A DNA stretch of 46,277 bases, the filler included, from Jimgerdemannia flammicorona (Eukaryota): the NCBI GenBank assembly GCA_003990765.1. It is 2 parts of 2 records of this genome, joined end to end, with 100 filler letters (N's around TTAATTAATTAA, not from the genome) between each part and the next. Parts side by side here need not be neighbours in the genome. Positions count along the whole stretch, not along the records: positions 1 to 23,089 come from RBNJ01001160.1; positions 23,190 to 46,277 come from RBNJ01001161.1. The stretch is one strand, 5' to 3'. The position numbers and the translations under genes are program-made. Shown here piece after piece: positions 11,800 to 23,339 of this stretch. Numbering within the stretch: position 1 is the first letter of the stretch; each line of letters begins with the position of its first letter. Below the pieces are notes generated by a model. It saw only the letters and a list, made by a program, of their open reading frames with translations. It searched no databases and had not been told where the DNA came from.

Positions 11800-13280
11800 T
11801 GACTGCTTAACCCTCACAAAAGATTGCCTAACCCTTGCAAAAAATTGCCTAACCCTCACAAAAACTGCTCTATCCACCGGTCCCAGGCCTTGATGAGCCT
11901 ATCATCTATTGTGAGTATGACAACTGTTGTGTCTGAGCTCTTCTCAAAGGCAACAGTGCTATGGTGGTCATGTGGTTGGAATAGGACAGCTGTATTGGCT
12001 GCAAACAGGACCCCAAAACCATAAGTGAGATTATACCAGACTCTGCTGCTATCCTCCCAGGTTGGGCCCTTCCTTTCTAGGACATAAAACATTATCAGGG
12101 TGACATTGTTGTCTGTGTATATGGGCAGAGAAACATTACATCTGATGTATCCTAATGTGACATGAATATATGATTGGGTGAACTCTTGGTCCAGGACCTC
12201 ATACTGTCAGGCTGTGCTGGTGGATGCCTGCTCTTGGTCCAGCTCTGAGAGCCCCAGCTTGGAAATCTGCCAAAACAGATGGCAACTAGTTAGTCTTTTT
12301 TGCATGCAGGGGGGCAGAAACCCCCTGGGCCACAGAAACCCTCCAGACTGCAGCACTCAAAAAAAGTGGAGCTCCTCACCTCATATGGTATGCTAAAATG
12401 TACTAAGAATATATATATAGCTGCACCAAGATCACTACCAAGCTGGTCTGCTGTACATTCTGTCAATCTGCTCAAAGAACCCCAGATCATAGCCACCATC
12501 ACTGCACAGGCTATATTGTACTCATGTGCAGTTTGCTCTTTGATGACACTTCTAAAGTTCCAGTAGGGGTACAGAATCTTATGTATCCCTGGAATTGTAT
12601 CAAATAGAGTATGTTGATGAAGAGTGTGATTTATCTGAGGAGGAGTAAAAAAAAGGGAGACAAGTGCAGGGAATTTTGGAACTCTGGAACCCATTCTTTA
12701 CCAGTGTTGCAGTATATCCAATTCCTGTCCAAACCCCCCCTCCTTGCTTTTTTCACCCCCTCTTTTCTGCTACTCAGTATTTGACACAATCCTCACAAAT
12801 CTCATTGATGTAGTAGCAAAGCTTATCACCATAGAGATTTCTTACTACCATTACAACCACCTCTCTACATTCATTAATAATGATATAGTTCTCTTCATCA
12901 TTGGTTACTCCTGCTGGCCAATAGACCTCTTGGTCAAGAATAATTGGCTCTAATTTGAATATAGACCCCCAAGCCTTGATGACAATACTGGTACTACTTA
13001 TGCTGAACATCTTGCCCTTGAATTTCTCTATTTGATCAGATGCTGGACATGGTTGAACTTGGGTAACTTTGAACTCTCCTTTTTAATAGAACTGAGCTCT
13101 GATCTGAGGGACTGAGATAAGTATGCAGATGGGTTGCATGCAGATGAGTTGCATGCAGATGAGTTGTATATAGACAGGTTGCATGTGAATGGGTTGCATG
13201 TAGATGGATTGCATGCAGATAGATTGCATGCAGATGAGTTGTATGTAGGCAAGTTGTATGCAGATGGGTTGTATACAGGT
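11800..13280 (-). pseudogene. Passenger gene: putative TET/JBP-like 2OG-Fe(II) dioxygenase, copy 1
   Basis: Minus strand reads QS(Y)IHVTLG..SLPI(Y)TDN(N)VTLIMFYVLERKG..VWYNLTYGFGVLFAANTAVLFQPHDHH(S)T; homologous to 23511-24521; probable intron ending CTAAC..CAG at ~12267. Confidence 0.55.
13123..13280. repeat. 15-bp tandem repeat (GCAGATG(A/G)GTTGCAT), encoding CNPSA-like pentapeptides on the minus strand
   Basis: ORF 13028-13252 YNSSACNLSACNPSTCNP...; shorter version at ~17320-17420. Confidence 0.8.
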
Positions 13281-14179
13281 GTGGGTGTTTTTTAGGGAGA
13301 GACCATGTAAAAAATGAAATTAAATAAAACATAAAGATCGGTATTTTAGAAAAAGAGCATGAGTGAGTGAGTGAGTGAGCTGCATGCTGATGAGTTGCAT
13401 GCTGATGAGTTATATGAGTTGTATAAGATTGCTCATGAAGGCTTGCTTTTGTTCCTTTTGAGACCTCTGCCATACAATGCATTGACTCAAAAGCTTAGCC
13501 ACCAAAGGCATGCTCTGCAATATCCACCAGCCTTTCTTCATCTTGACCAGATATTGCGAATAAAGTCAGCAGATCTTGCTATAGAGCTGTGGACCCTAAG
13601 AAAAGCATGAGGTGAATTGGGTCATATTGGGGAAATTTAAATAAACACAAGTAAATAAGTGGCAGCTGAGTGAGTAACCTACATCTACTATCAGCTGCTC
13701 CAAAAAGGCTGCCATGTATATAGCTATGAGGTCTGTGAATTTTGAGGTCTGAAGGACTACTGTGAGTTATTGTTGGAATTCTCTCTCATCTCCACCATTG
13801 CCACCACCATTGCCACTGCCATTGTCATTGCCACCACTATCACCACTGCTATCACCCCTTTGGCTCTCAATGAGCAGCTTATGTGCTGCCTATATGAGAA
13901 AGAATCTAACATTGTCAGCAGAGAGTACATTTCCACCTCGAATACTTCCTCTTTTGACAATTATTACAGGATGAAAAATGAGTAGACTGGACCAATATAC
14001 AAATTAAGAGCTGCTGTTTTGTTTGCTCATAATGTGGCAGGAAAGAACAAAGAAAAAGAATAAAGAAAAGAACAAAAGAAGAAGAGGGAATAAAAGAAAA
14101 AGGTGATGTTATTAAAGTGCAGCAGGAAAAAAAAAAACAAAAGCAAAATGAATAAAAGAAAGAGTAATGTCACCAAAGA

Positions 14180-14357
14180 TTTCAATCCAGATGGATTAAT
14201 CTGGATAGATCAATCCAGATGTATCAATCTGGATGAATCAATCCAGATGGATCAATCTGGATCAGATTACAAGACCAATCTGAGTTGATTTGAATCTATC
14301 ACATAATGAATCTGAATTGAATCTCATCTGGATCAACTCCATTCATTTGGAGCACTA
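14180..14357. repeat. hAT subterminal repeats and right terminal inverted repeat
   Basis: Multiple ATCCAGAT/ATCTGGAT (decayed palindrome ATCCGGAT); terminus GGAGCACTA at 14349-14357. Confidence 0.7.
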
Positions 14358-14429
14358 AGTACAGGTATGTCAGTATATAGCTGTTGCCCCTTCCAAAACA
14401 GAGAAACTCCTGCAAAAACTCACTCTCTT

Positions 14430-14995
14430 TTCTCTGAACAGTACTGGACCCACACTTAAAGCTATAATATCATAAAGATCAGAGCTGGGAGCAGTACTTT
14501 ATTGAGAGAACCAAGCAGGCCATAATTGAAGTATATTAGAAAAACTATATACTGCCACAAGGTTTCAGCTAAAGTCTGGACAAATATGCCAAGAGATCTC
14601 TCCTGTCCCACATTTATTTCAACAGAAAGAGGAAGAGAGAGCTATCAGTAGAAGAGCTACCATCAATAGATGAATTTACCATTTACCTTACCAGTGACCA
14701 TATGATCTTACTGTAGGATATAGAGGTGCTCAACTGGTGGAAGGTGGGTTGTCAGACAGGTGTTGGGCTAATTTAACCTATCAATCTAACCACCACTCTA
14801 CTCACTGGAGTGTGCAGATGTATCAAATGGACTTCCCCAGCCTGCATGGTATGGCTTGGGACTACCTGGCAATTCTTACCTCTAGTACTCTATTGAGCAG
14901 GTGTTCACAGGTAGGGTGGACCTCATTGCTCCAAAGAGGTATGTACTGAATACTGAGACAATCCAGGTATATATGTGTCTGAAGTCTTGGTGGAG
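14430..14995 (+). pseudogene. hAT transposase C-terminal remnant incl. dimerisation domain
   Basis: VLDP(H)LKL*YHKDQSWEQYFIE at ~14442; FPSLHGMA(W)DYLAI(L)TSST/IEQVFTG..LIAPKR..LNTETIQ..MCLKSWW at ~14833-14993 matches the hATC pattern P.L..MA.DYLAIP.SS..ER.FS. Confidence 0.9.
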
Positions 14996-15159
14996 CTTGG
15001 GCTACTAAAATTCAGTGGGTCTTGAGAGTTCACAGATAAGTTGATTGGCCTTGTGGAATATTTAATACCTTTCAAAAATAAAACGAAAAAAAACCTGAGA
15101 ACTTGGCCATGAGTTTGCAGTCCAAGTGAGGCAGTGGTCAGCAGGGTTGGCAGTAGTAG

Positions 15160-15670
15160 AGGGAGTGTACAAAATTTGTGGCCCTCCACCAGTAGCAAGG
15201 GATAGCCCCAAGCTATCAGTACCCAGATCAGTGGGCAGGTTGGTGGGCATAGGGTTGGCACAGTGAGTATGCAAAATTTGTGGCCCTCCACTAGCAGCAA
15301 GAGGCAGCCCCAAGCCACAAGTGTCCAGGATGGGGGGGTTGGTGGAGGGGGGGGGGGTAGGTGGAGGAAGCATGCAAAATTTGTACCCCTCTACTAGTAG
15401 TGAGGGGCACCTCCAAGCTGACAGTGCCTGGGTCAGTGGAGAGAGTATGTAAAATTTGTAGCCCTCTATCAGTAGCAAGGGGCAGCCCCAAGCTGCAAGT
15501 GTTTGGGACAAGTGAGGCAGACAGAGAGAGCATGCAAAATTTGTGGTACCAGCAGCATAGAGCTCTCTCCAATAGCCTGTGTCTGGACCAGGAGTCGGCA
15601 GGGTTGGCAGAGGGAGTGTGCAAAATTTGCAGCCCTCTGCTAGCAGTATAAGAGTAGCCCCAAGCCACCA
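15160..15670. repeat. Second array of the ~50-bp conserved unit (five full, one partial)
   Basis: Cores at about 15171, 15273, 15376, 15451, 15536 (partial) and 15622. Confidence 0.85.
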
Positions 15671-15969
15671 AGGAGTCTGAGTCCAGGTTGGAGAGTGCTT
15701 CTGGTAGTTAGAGAGTACTTCTGGTGGTCAGAGGGTGTTTCTGGTGGTCAGAGGGTATTTTTGATGGTCAGAGGGTACTTCCAGCAGTCAAAGTCCACCA
15801 CAGATTCAGGCTCTGTTACCAGTTTAGGTCCCATGGACACCCTGGCCCTATACTGTAGTGCTGTACCAGCAGTACTACAGATTAGGACCAAGGGGCTGGT
15901 AAGGCCTGATATAATAGCTAAACTAGTACTACAGAAGAGGTACTCAGCTGCCAGCTCAACCTATATAAA

Positions 15970-17450
15970 ATGACTGCTAAACCCTTATAAAAAGTTGCCT
16001 AATCCTTATGAAAGATTGCCTAACCCTTACAAAAGATTGCCTAACCCTTACAAAAACTACTCCACCCACTGATCCCAGGTCTTGATGAGCCTGTCATCCA
16101 TTGTGAGTATGATAACTGTTGTGTCCAAGCTCTCTTTGAAGGTGATGGTATCATGGTAGTCATGTGGTTAGAATAGGATAGCCATATTGGCCACAAATGG
16201 GACTCTGAAACTATAGATGAGGTCATACTAGACTCTACTACTACATATTCTCTCAGATTGGGCCCTTCCTTTCCAGGACATAGAATATTACAGAGGTAAT
16301 GTTGTTATCTGTATATATAGGTAGAGAAACATTGTGCCTGATATATCCTAATGTGACATAAGCATATGGTTGGGTGAACCCTTGGCCCAGGACCTCATAC
16401 TGCTAGGCTGTACTGGTAGATGCCTGCCCTTGGTCTAGCCTTAAGAGCTCTAGCTTGGAAATCTGCCAGATAGATAGCATTCAGTCAGTTCTTTTTGTAT
16501 GTGGGGGGGCAGAAACCCCCTGTACTGCAGAAATCCTCCAGGCTATAGTACCCAAAAAAAGCAGAGCTCCTCACCTCATATGGTATGCTAAATTGTACTA
16601 AGAATATATGTACAGCTGCACCATAATAACCACTAAGCTGGCCTGCTGTATGCTCTACCAATCTGCTCAAAGAACCCCAGATCATAGCCACCATTGCTGT
16701 ATAGGCCATGTCATGCTTGTGTACAGTTTGCTCTTCAACAGCACTTCTAAAGTTCTGATAGGGGTACAGAATCTTATGCATCTCTGGAATTATATCAAAA
16801 AGAGTATATTGGCAAAGAGTGTAATTATCTGAGGAGGAGTAAAAAAAAGGGAGACAAGTGTAGGAGATTTTAAAACTCTGGAACTCACTCTTCACCAGTG
16901 TTGTAGTATACCCAATTCCTGTCCAAACTCCCCCTCCTTGCTTTTTTCACCCCCTCTTTCCTGCTATCTAGTATTTGATGCAATCCTCACAAATCTCATT
17001 GATATGGTAGTGAAGCTTATCACTGTAGACATTTCTTACCACCATTGCACATTGCAACCACCTCTCTATATTTATTAATAATGATATAGTTCTCTTTGTC
17101 ATTAGTTACTCCTGCTGGCCAATAGACCTCTTGGTTGAGAATGATTGGCTCTGATTCGAATATAGACCCCCAAGCCTTGATGATGATGCTGGTACTGCTC
17201 ATGTTGAATATCTTGCCCTCGAATTTCTCTATTTGATCAGATGCTGGAGGTAGTTGAACTTGGGTAACTTTGAACTCTCCTTTCCAATAGAACTGAGGCC
17301 TGATCTGAGGGGCTGAGATAAGTATGTGGATGAGTTACATGCAGATGGATTGTATGTGGACAGATTGTATGTAGATGGATTGCATACAGATGGGTTGTGT
17401 GTAGACAGATTGTGTGCAGATATCATATGGGTGTTTTTAGAGAAGACCAC
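15970..17450 (-). pseudogene. Passenger gene: putative TET/JBP-like dioxygenase, copy 2
   Basis: Colinear with copy 1: EPIILNQEVYWPAGVTNDKENYIII; AMIWGSLSRL; (Y)TDNN at ~16301-16315; HDYH(D)T at ~16148-16165. Confidence 0.55.
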
Positions 17451-18421
17451 ATAAAAAAAATGAAGTTAAATAAAATATAAAGATGGGTATTTCAGAAAAA
17501 GAGCATGAGTGAGTAAGTTGCATACCAATGAGTTGCACAAGTTGCACAAGATTGCTCATGAAGGCTTGCTTCTGTTCCTTTTAAGACTTCTGCCATACAA
17601 TGCATTAACTCAACAGCTCAGCCACCAAAGGCATGCCTCACAATGTCTGTCAGCCTTTCTTCATCTTGACCAGATGTTGTAAATAAAGTTGGCAGTTCTT
17701 GCCATAGAGCTGTAGACCCTAAAAAAAAGCATAAGATGAATTGAGTCATGCTGGGGGAAATTAAAAAAAGTAAAACACAAGTAAACAAATAGCAGCAGAA
17801 TGAGCAACCTATATCTACTATCAGCTGTTCCAAAAAGGCTACCATGTATATAGTTGTGAGGTCTATGAATTCTGAGGTCTGAAGGGCCACTATGAGTTGT
17901 TGCCAGAATTCTTCCTCATCCCTGCTATCGCTATCATCATCACCACCACCATCGCCATTACTACTGCTATTGCTACTGCCATCACCCCTTTGGCTCTCAA
18001 TGAGTAGCTTGTGTGCTGCCCATATGAGAAAGAATCTAATATTGTCAGTAGAGAGTGCATTTCCACCTCAAATACTCTCTCTTTTAACAATTACTACAGA
18101 GTAAAAAAATAAATAGACTGGACCAATGTATGATTAAGGACTGCTGTTTTGTTTGCTTGTGATGTAGCAGAAAAGAAAAAGAACAAAGAAAAAGAACCAA
18201 AAAAGAGAGAGAACAAAAGAAAGAGTGATGTCAACAAAGTGTGCAAAAAATGAACAAAAGAAAGAATGATGTCACCAAAGATTTCATGTGATCAATCTGG
18301 ATGGATCAATCCAGATCAATCCAGATCAGATCACAAGACCAATCTGAGTTGATTTGAATTTATTATATGACAAATATGAATCAAATCTCATTCAGATCAA
18401 TTCTATCTGTTGAGAGAACTA

Positions 18422-21000
18422 TCTATAAATATGTATTAATTACCAAGATCTCAATAAACAGACTATCAAGAACTATTACCCACTATTCTAAATTAATAAA
18501 ATCTTTAATAGGCTTATTAATCTATAATTTATAAGCTCTTTGACTTATGAAATAGTTACTGGTAAATTGTCATGAAAGACAAAAATATCTACAAAACTGT
18601 CTTCTGAACTCACTATGAATATTTTGAGTTCTTGGTTATGCTCTTTGGCTTGACTAATACTCCTGCAATCTTTCAGACTCTGATAAATACTATCCTATAT
18701 CTATATCTAGATAAATTTATTATTATCTATATTGATAACATTCTGGTTTTCAGTAAAACCCTAGAAGAATATCTTGAATATCTTAAACTAGTACTACTGA
18801 AACTCCAAGAAAACTAACTCTTTATAAAACTCAGTAAATATGAATTCTTTCTAAAGAAAATTTAATTTCTTAGATATATTATTACTCCCAATAGAGTTAA
18901 AGTAGACTTTAGCAAAATCTCCACATAAGGAATAGCTTAGACTCAAAAAACTGAAAGACCTTCAGTTATTTCTAGAATTAGCAAACTATTATAGGCAATT
19001 TATTGCTAACTTTACTAAGATTATAACTACTCTTATCTAACTGATCAAGTATGGTAAAAAAGAAGAATAACCCTGGACTACAAAGTAGAAAAAAGACTTC
19101 AATAACCTTGTTAAATAGAGATCTGAATAAGATATAGCCTTTTAAGCTTTAAAATATACCCTGATAACTACTCTAATACTTCAAGCAGTAAATTCTGCTC
19201 TACTATATAAAGTTACTACTAATGTCTCTAATCAAGCTCTTGAAGTAGTACTTATACAAGAAGGACACCCTGTAGCCTATCATTCTTGTAAGTTCAATAA
19301 TGCCAAAATCAACTATACCATCTATAAGAAGGAAATTTTAGTCATTGTAGACACTCTGATCAAATAGCACCCATATCTTAAAGAAGTATACTTTACTATA
19401 TTGATAGATAATAAATTATTAATCAATATCAAAACTCAGAGTATTCTTTTCTGGAAGTAAGCCTGATGGATGAAAGTTCTTACTAATTTTGAATACAAAA
19501 TCCAATATCACTCTAATAAAAAAATTATTATTACCAATGTTATCTCTAGACTACTAATTAAAGAAGTCATACAAACTCTCATCCTGGTTACTAATTCCAT
19601 TATAGAAAGTATATACTAATAATAAAGAAGCTCAAGCACTTTAAAAATTTCTGAGTAGTAATAATATCAATAAGTACTCTCAGTATCATCAATACTAATT
19701 AAAGGACAATACTATCTATTATAAGAATAGATTATATATTTCTAATAATTAAGACCTCTGAAGAACTATCTTGTTTGAATACTATAATACTCCTATAGTC
19801 AAACATCTAAGATTTGACAAATGTTATAAAGTGATTTTTTAAACCTTTTTATAATATCTGCTAATAAAACAAGTTCTCAACTCTAGCAAAATCTGGACTA
19901 CTTTACTCTATTTCAGTACTATCTACTAATTGGAAATAAATCTCTATAGACTTCATTATACAACTACTCTAAACCAAGAATAGAAAGAATGCAATTGTTG
20001 TTTTTGTAGATTGTCTTAGTAAACAAGCTCACTTTATACCTACTACTACATACAACTGTAATAGTATCTGAGATTGCTATACTCTTATTTAATAATATCT
20101 TCTACTATTATGGTCTTTTTAAGATCATTATTAGTAATTGAGATCTGAAATTCACCAGCTATTTTTTAAAAGCTCTATACTCATACTTTGGAACAAAACT
20201 AGTACTATCTACAACTATTTACCCTTAAACTGATGGCCAACTTGAAAAGATGAACTAAACTCTAAAGCAAATATGAAGAAACTATATTTCCTATAGGTAG
20301 GATGATTGATATGAACAGCTTACTATAGTTGAGTTAGCCTATAATAATAGCAAAAAAACTTCTCTTAGAATGATCTCATTCTTTGCTAATATAGAACAAA
20401 ATCCAAACACTCCTCTAACTCTTATTAAAACTATAGATGAATCTTCCACTATTGAAGCTATTGAAGAATTCCTACTCTAAATGTATAATTTGAGCCAAAT
20501 TGTAATTGAGAACTTATCTTAAACTCAAAATTAACAATCTCAGTATATCTATCAGTACTACTAAAAAGAAACTTTTGATATTAGTAAAAAGTTCTACTAG
20601 ATATCAAAGAATACTAAGTTGATAACCTCAAGTGCAAACTCTCTACAAAGCTGAATAGTAAATTTATTAGACTATTTGAAGTTATTGTATAAATTTTCCT
20701 AATATCCTACAAACTATCCCTACCAGATACTATCAAGATTCACCCAGTCTTCAATATTCAATATCTCAAGCAATATAATGAAAATAATGATGAACTTTTT
20801 TCAAATCAAACTACAAAGTCACCAGCATCTATTATTATTAATGATAAAAAGGAATATAAAGTTGAATAAATTCTCAACAAATATAGCCACAAGAACTATT
20901 CAGAATATCTTATTAAATAGAATGGTTATCCAATCTATGAGTCTATATAGGAATCCAGAACAAACCTCCAGAATACTGCTGACTTAGTTCAAGAATATAA
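18422..21000 (+). pseudogene. Ty3/Gypsy (chromovirus) pol remnant: RT, RNase H, integrase, chromodomain
   Basis: CINYQDLNKQTIKNYYPL; MLFGLTNTPAIFQ; YIDNILVFS (YIDD); RNase H HPVAYHSCKF..YKKEIL ~19265-19340; integrase ~19930-20400; chromodomain EYKVE*IL..YLIK*NGYP ~20852-20960. Confidence 0.92.
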
Positions 21001-22651
21001 TTCTTTAAACAACTAGTTAGAATACTCTAATACCTACTATTGCTATATTATATATTATTCTCCTGAACACTGTTAAAAGTACCCTTATAATTATCATGAA
21101 TGAAATCAAAAACTCTGCTGTACTCTCAGCAAATCAAGACAAAAGAAATACTAATCTTCTAGAAAAATAACAAAACTAAAAACCAGCATATTCTCCTCAT
21201 TCCACTGGTAGAAAATAAGATATAGATATTTAAGAAGATTTTTTAGAAGAAATTCTCCAGCAGTGAATAATATCAGAATCACTTTTAGTATAGAGTATCA
21301 AATATATAACTCTTTTTATATAAATTCAATACATTAAATAACTATACTATAAATATGCTACTTTCTGAAAAAAAAAAAAAAAAAAAGAATATTACTAGAC
21401 TTTTGATTATCCAAATGGTATAATAACACTAGATCAAATTAGAACTTGATGAGTATATCAAAAACTAAGAAGGAGAGAGATATAAGCACACAACCTCTAA
21501 GTCACTGAAATCACACATTACTCTCAGAACAAATCCAGAAATTATATATGTATAAGATCAGGAAGCTGAGTTAAACTAAAGTTATAGATCATGAAGCTGA
21601 GTCAACTCAAAGTTACAGAATATAAGATATATGAAAACAGAATCTTACTAATCAAGATAAAAAATATATATACTAAATACATAATATAATAAAATAAGAA
21701 ATCAAAATAAACCAAATAATAACAACTACAAAACATATACCCAGACATGATCATTGATATCTACAACTGCATCTATATTAATATTTGAAATACTATTATC
21801 AACTGAGCTACAGTGCCCCTGTCTCTCATAAATATCTATAGCTTAGTACCTCTCTACTTTGTGGAATGCCCTGAACATACTTAGTAAGGTCTATCAAATT
21901 AGATAAATCTCAAGCCACTATCAAATTAGTCATCTCCTGGAAGATATGGTTAACTACTACTATAATATAAATATTACTAAAATGTCTTAGCACCAGAAGC
22001 TCATTATATACAAATACTGAGAACTCTTCTATAATACAGTATCTTTATTTTCTACCTCTGAGTCACTACTACTGAAATAGTTACTATTCTGATCTATAAC
22101 CAAATCAATGATATGGTATAAGAACTCAATCAGAAATATATTGAGTATACCCAAACTATAGATAGACTATTTCTATACTCAGATAACTATATCCTGCAAA
22201 TATCTCAAGAAGGATATACTATGAAGGATATCTACAATATAATCTAGTTTGACAATAATGAAGCAGAAGACAATAATCTCTCTGATATTGAGATAACTTC
22301 TAGCTAAAGATCTCTGCCAACTCTGATTACTCTACTAACCTTATGAATAAACTTATAATAGTTCATAACTATGTATATGATCTATTGGAATAATGATTAC
22401 TAGCATGAGTACCAATCTGCATTTATGCCTAACTACTTTAACTATACTAAAAAAAAATAGAAGAAAACAATTTATATCTTCAGATAACTCTCAAGATAGA
22501 ACCAATAATCCTATCTTTTAAGTATAAGTAATATAAAGAACAACCACTAGCTTACTATAACTCTATAATATATAGTATTATAATCTATCAAAGATATATG
22601 ACAGTGAGTCTGACAAAAGCAAAGATGATATATTCTTTCTCTGCCTACTGA

Positions 22652-22872
22652 TACTATATCTAGTATATAAAATAGATAATACTATTCTGTGGATTGACAA
22701 CTTTGTTTCAACATACTACTATATATATAAATAAATAAGAAGATATAATCCAAGAATCACTCTCCCTAGATAACTACTTCATTAGAGATAATATCATTAA
22801 TAGTGACCTTATTGAAGAGTATCCAGATAGTGTCTAAATTTATAAATAGCTTAGCAGTCATTAGTATAGTTA
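22652..22872 (+). repeat. Second copy of the LTR-like sequence, truncated by a hAT-type end
   Basis: Aligns with 5881-6097; similarity stops at TAGTGCTCC (22871). Confidence 0.55.
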
Positions 22873-23089
22873 GTGCTCCTAACGAGTCAATTTACTATGG
22901 GTCCCAATTGAAATAGGGGTAAACAAAGCGTTATCCATAACTATTGGTTGAAATATGTGACATTTTTATTGTAATTAAATATGAGATTATTATAAATTGA
23001 TAATATATTCCTAAATTGGTATACTTTATTAATGAGACGACAAAATTTAGTATTTGGTACCGTAACCACCTACATCTACCAACTTTTGA
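22871..23089 (+). mobile_element. Left terminus of a hAT-type element (young, CpG-retaining)
   Basis: Begins TAGTGCTCC, the reverse complement of the GGAGCACTA end at 14349; several intact CpGs; runs into the gap. Confidence 0.55.
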
Positions 23090-23189
23090 NNNNNNNNNNN
23101 NNNNNNNNNNNNNNNNNNNNNNNNNNNNNNNNNTTAATTAATTAANNNNNNNNNNNNNNNNNNNNNNNNNNNNNNNNNNNNNNNNNNNN
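23090..23189. other. Assembly gap with artificial six-frame-stop linker
   Basis: N-run, TTAATTAATTAA at 23134-23145, N-run; 100 bp total. Confidence 0.95.
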
Positions 23190-23339
23190 AAAGGAATCTT
23201 GCCAAACTTAGATTACTAAAAAAATTATTTTACTTTTTAGAAGGCAAAGAAGGAATAACACAAAGTACAATTGGCAGATTTTTTGGATCAGCAATGACAA
23301 TATTGGGAAGATCAACAAAATCTCAAGGTCAAATTTATC

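Larger units (their letters stand above)
10773..14357 (+). mobile_element. hAT-type DNA transposon remnant, copy 1 (5'-truncated, internal deletion of transposase C-terminus)
   Basis: Colinear direct repeat of 14600-18421; ends in GGAGCACTA preceded by ATC(C/T)(A/G)GAT subterminal repeats; lacks ~300 bp present at ~14841-15140. Confidence 0.8.
14358..18421 (+). mobile_element. hAT-type DNA transposon remnant, copy 2 (5'-truncated)
   Basis: Transposase C-terminus, repeat array, convergent passenger gene, subterminal repeats ~18285-18400 and degenerate end GAGAACTA, after which Gypsy RT begins. Confidence 0.85.

Noticed and set aside
13757..13985. ORFs over the ACC/GCC trinucleotide tract (also 17890-18104)
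   Set aside because: Low-complexity microsatellite; it may be the 5' part of the cargo gene but no frame can be supported
11043..15670. Bona fide CRISPR array
   Set aside because: Eukaryotic TE context, no cas genes, and spacers are variable in length and partly similar to each other
5860..22872. One single intact-boundary Gypsy element from LTR to LTR
   Set aside because: Protease and RT N-terminus are missing, the LTR-like copies also differ by transversions, and no TSD is visible; gag and pol may come from different elements
23134..23145. TTAATTAATTAA as a biological palindrome or piggyBac site
   Set aside because: Embedded in Ns; this is an artificial contig linker
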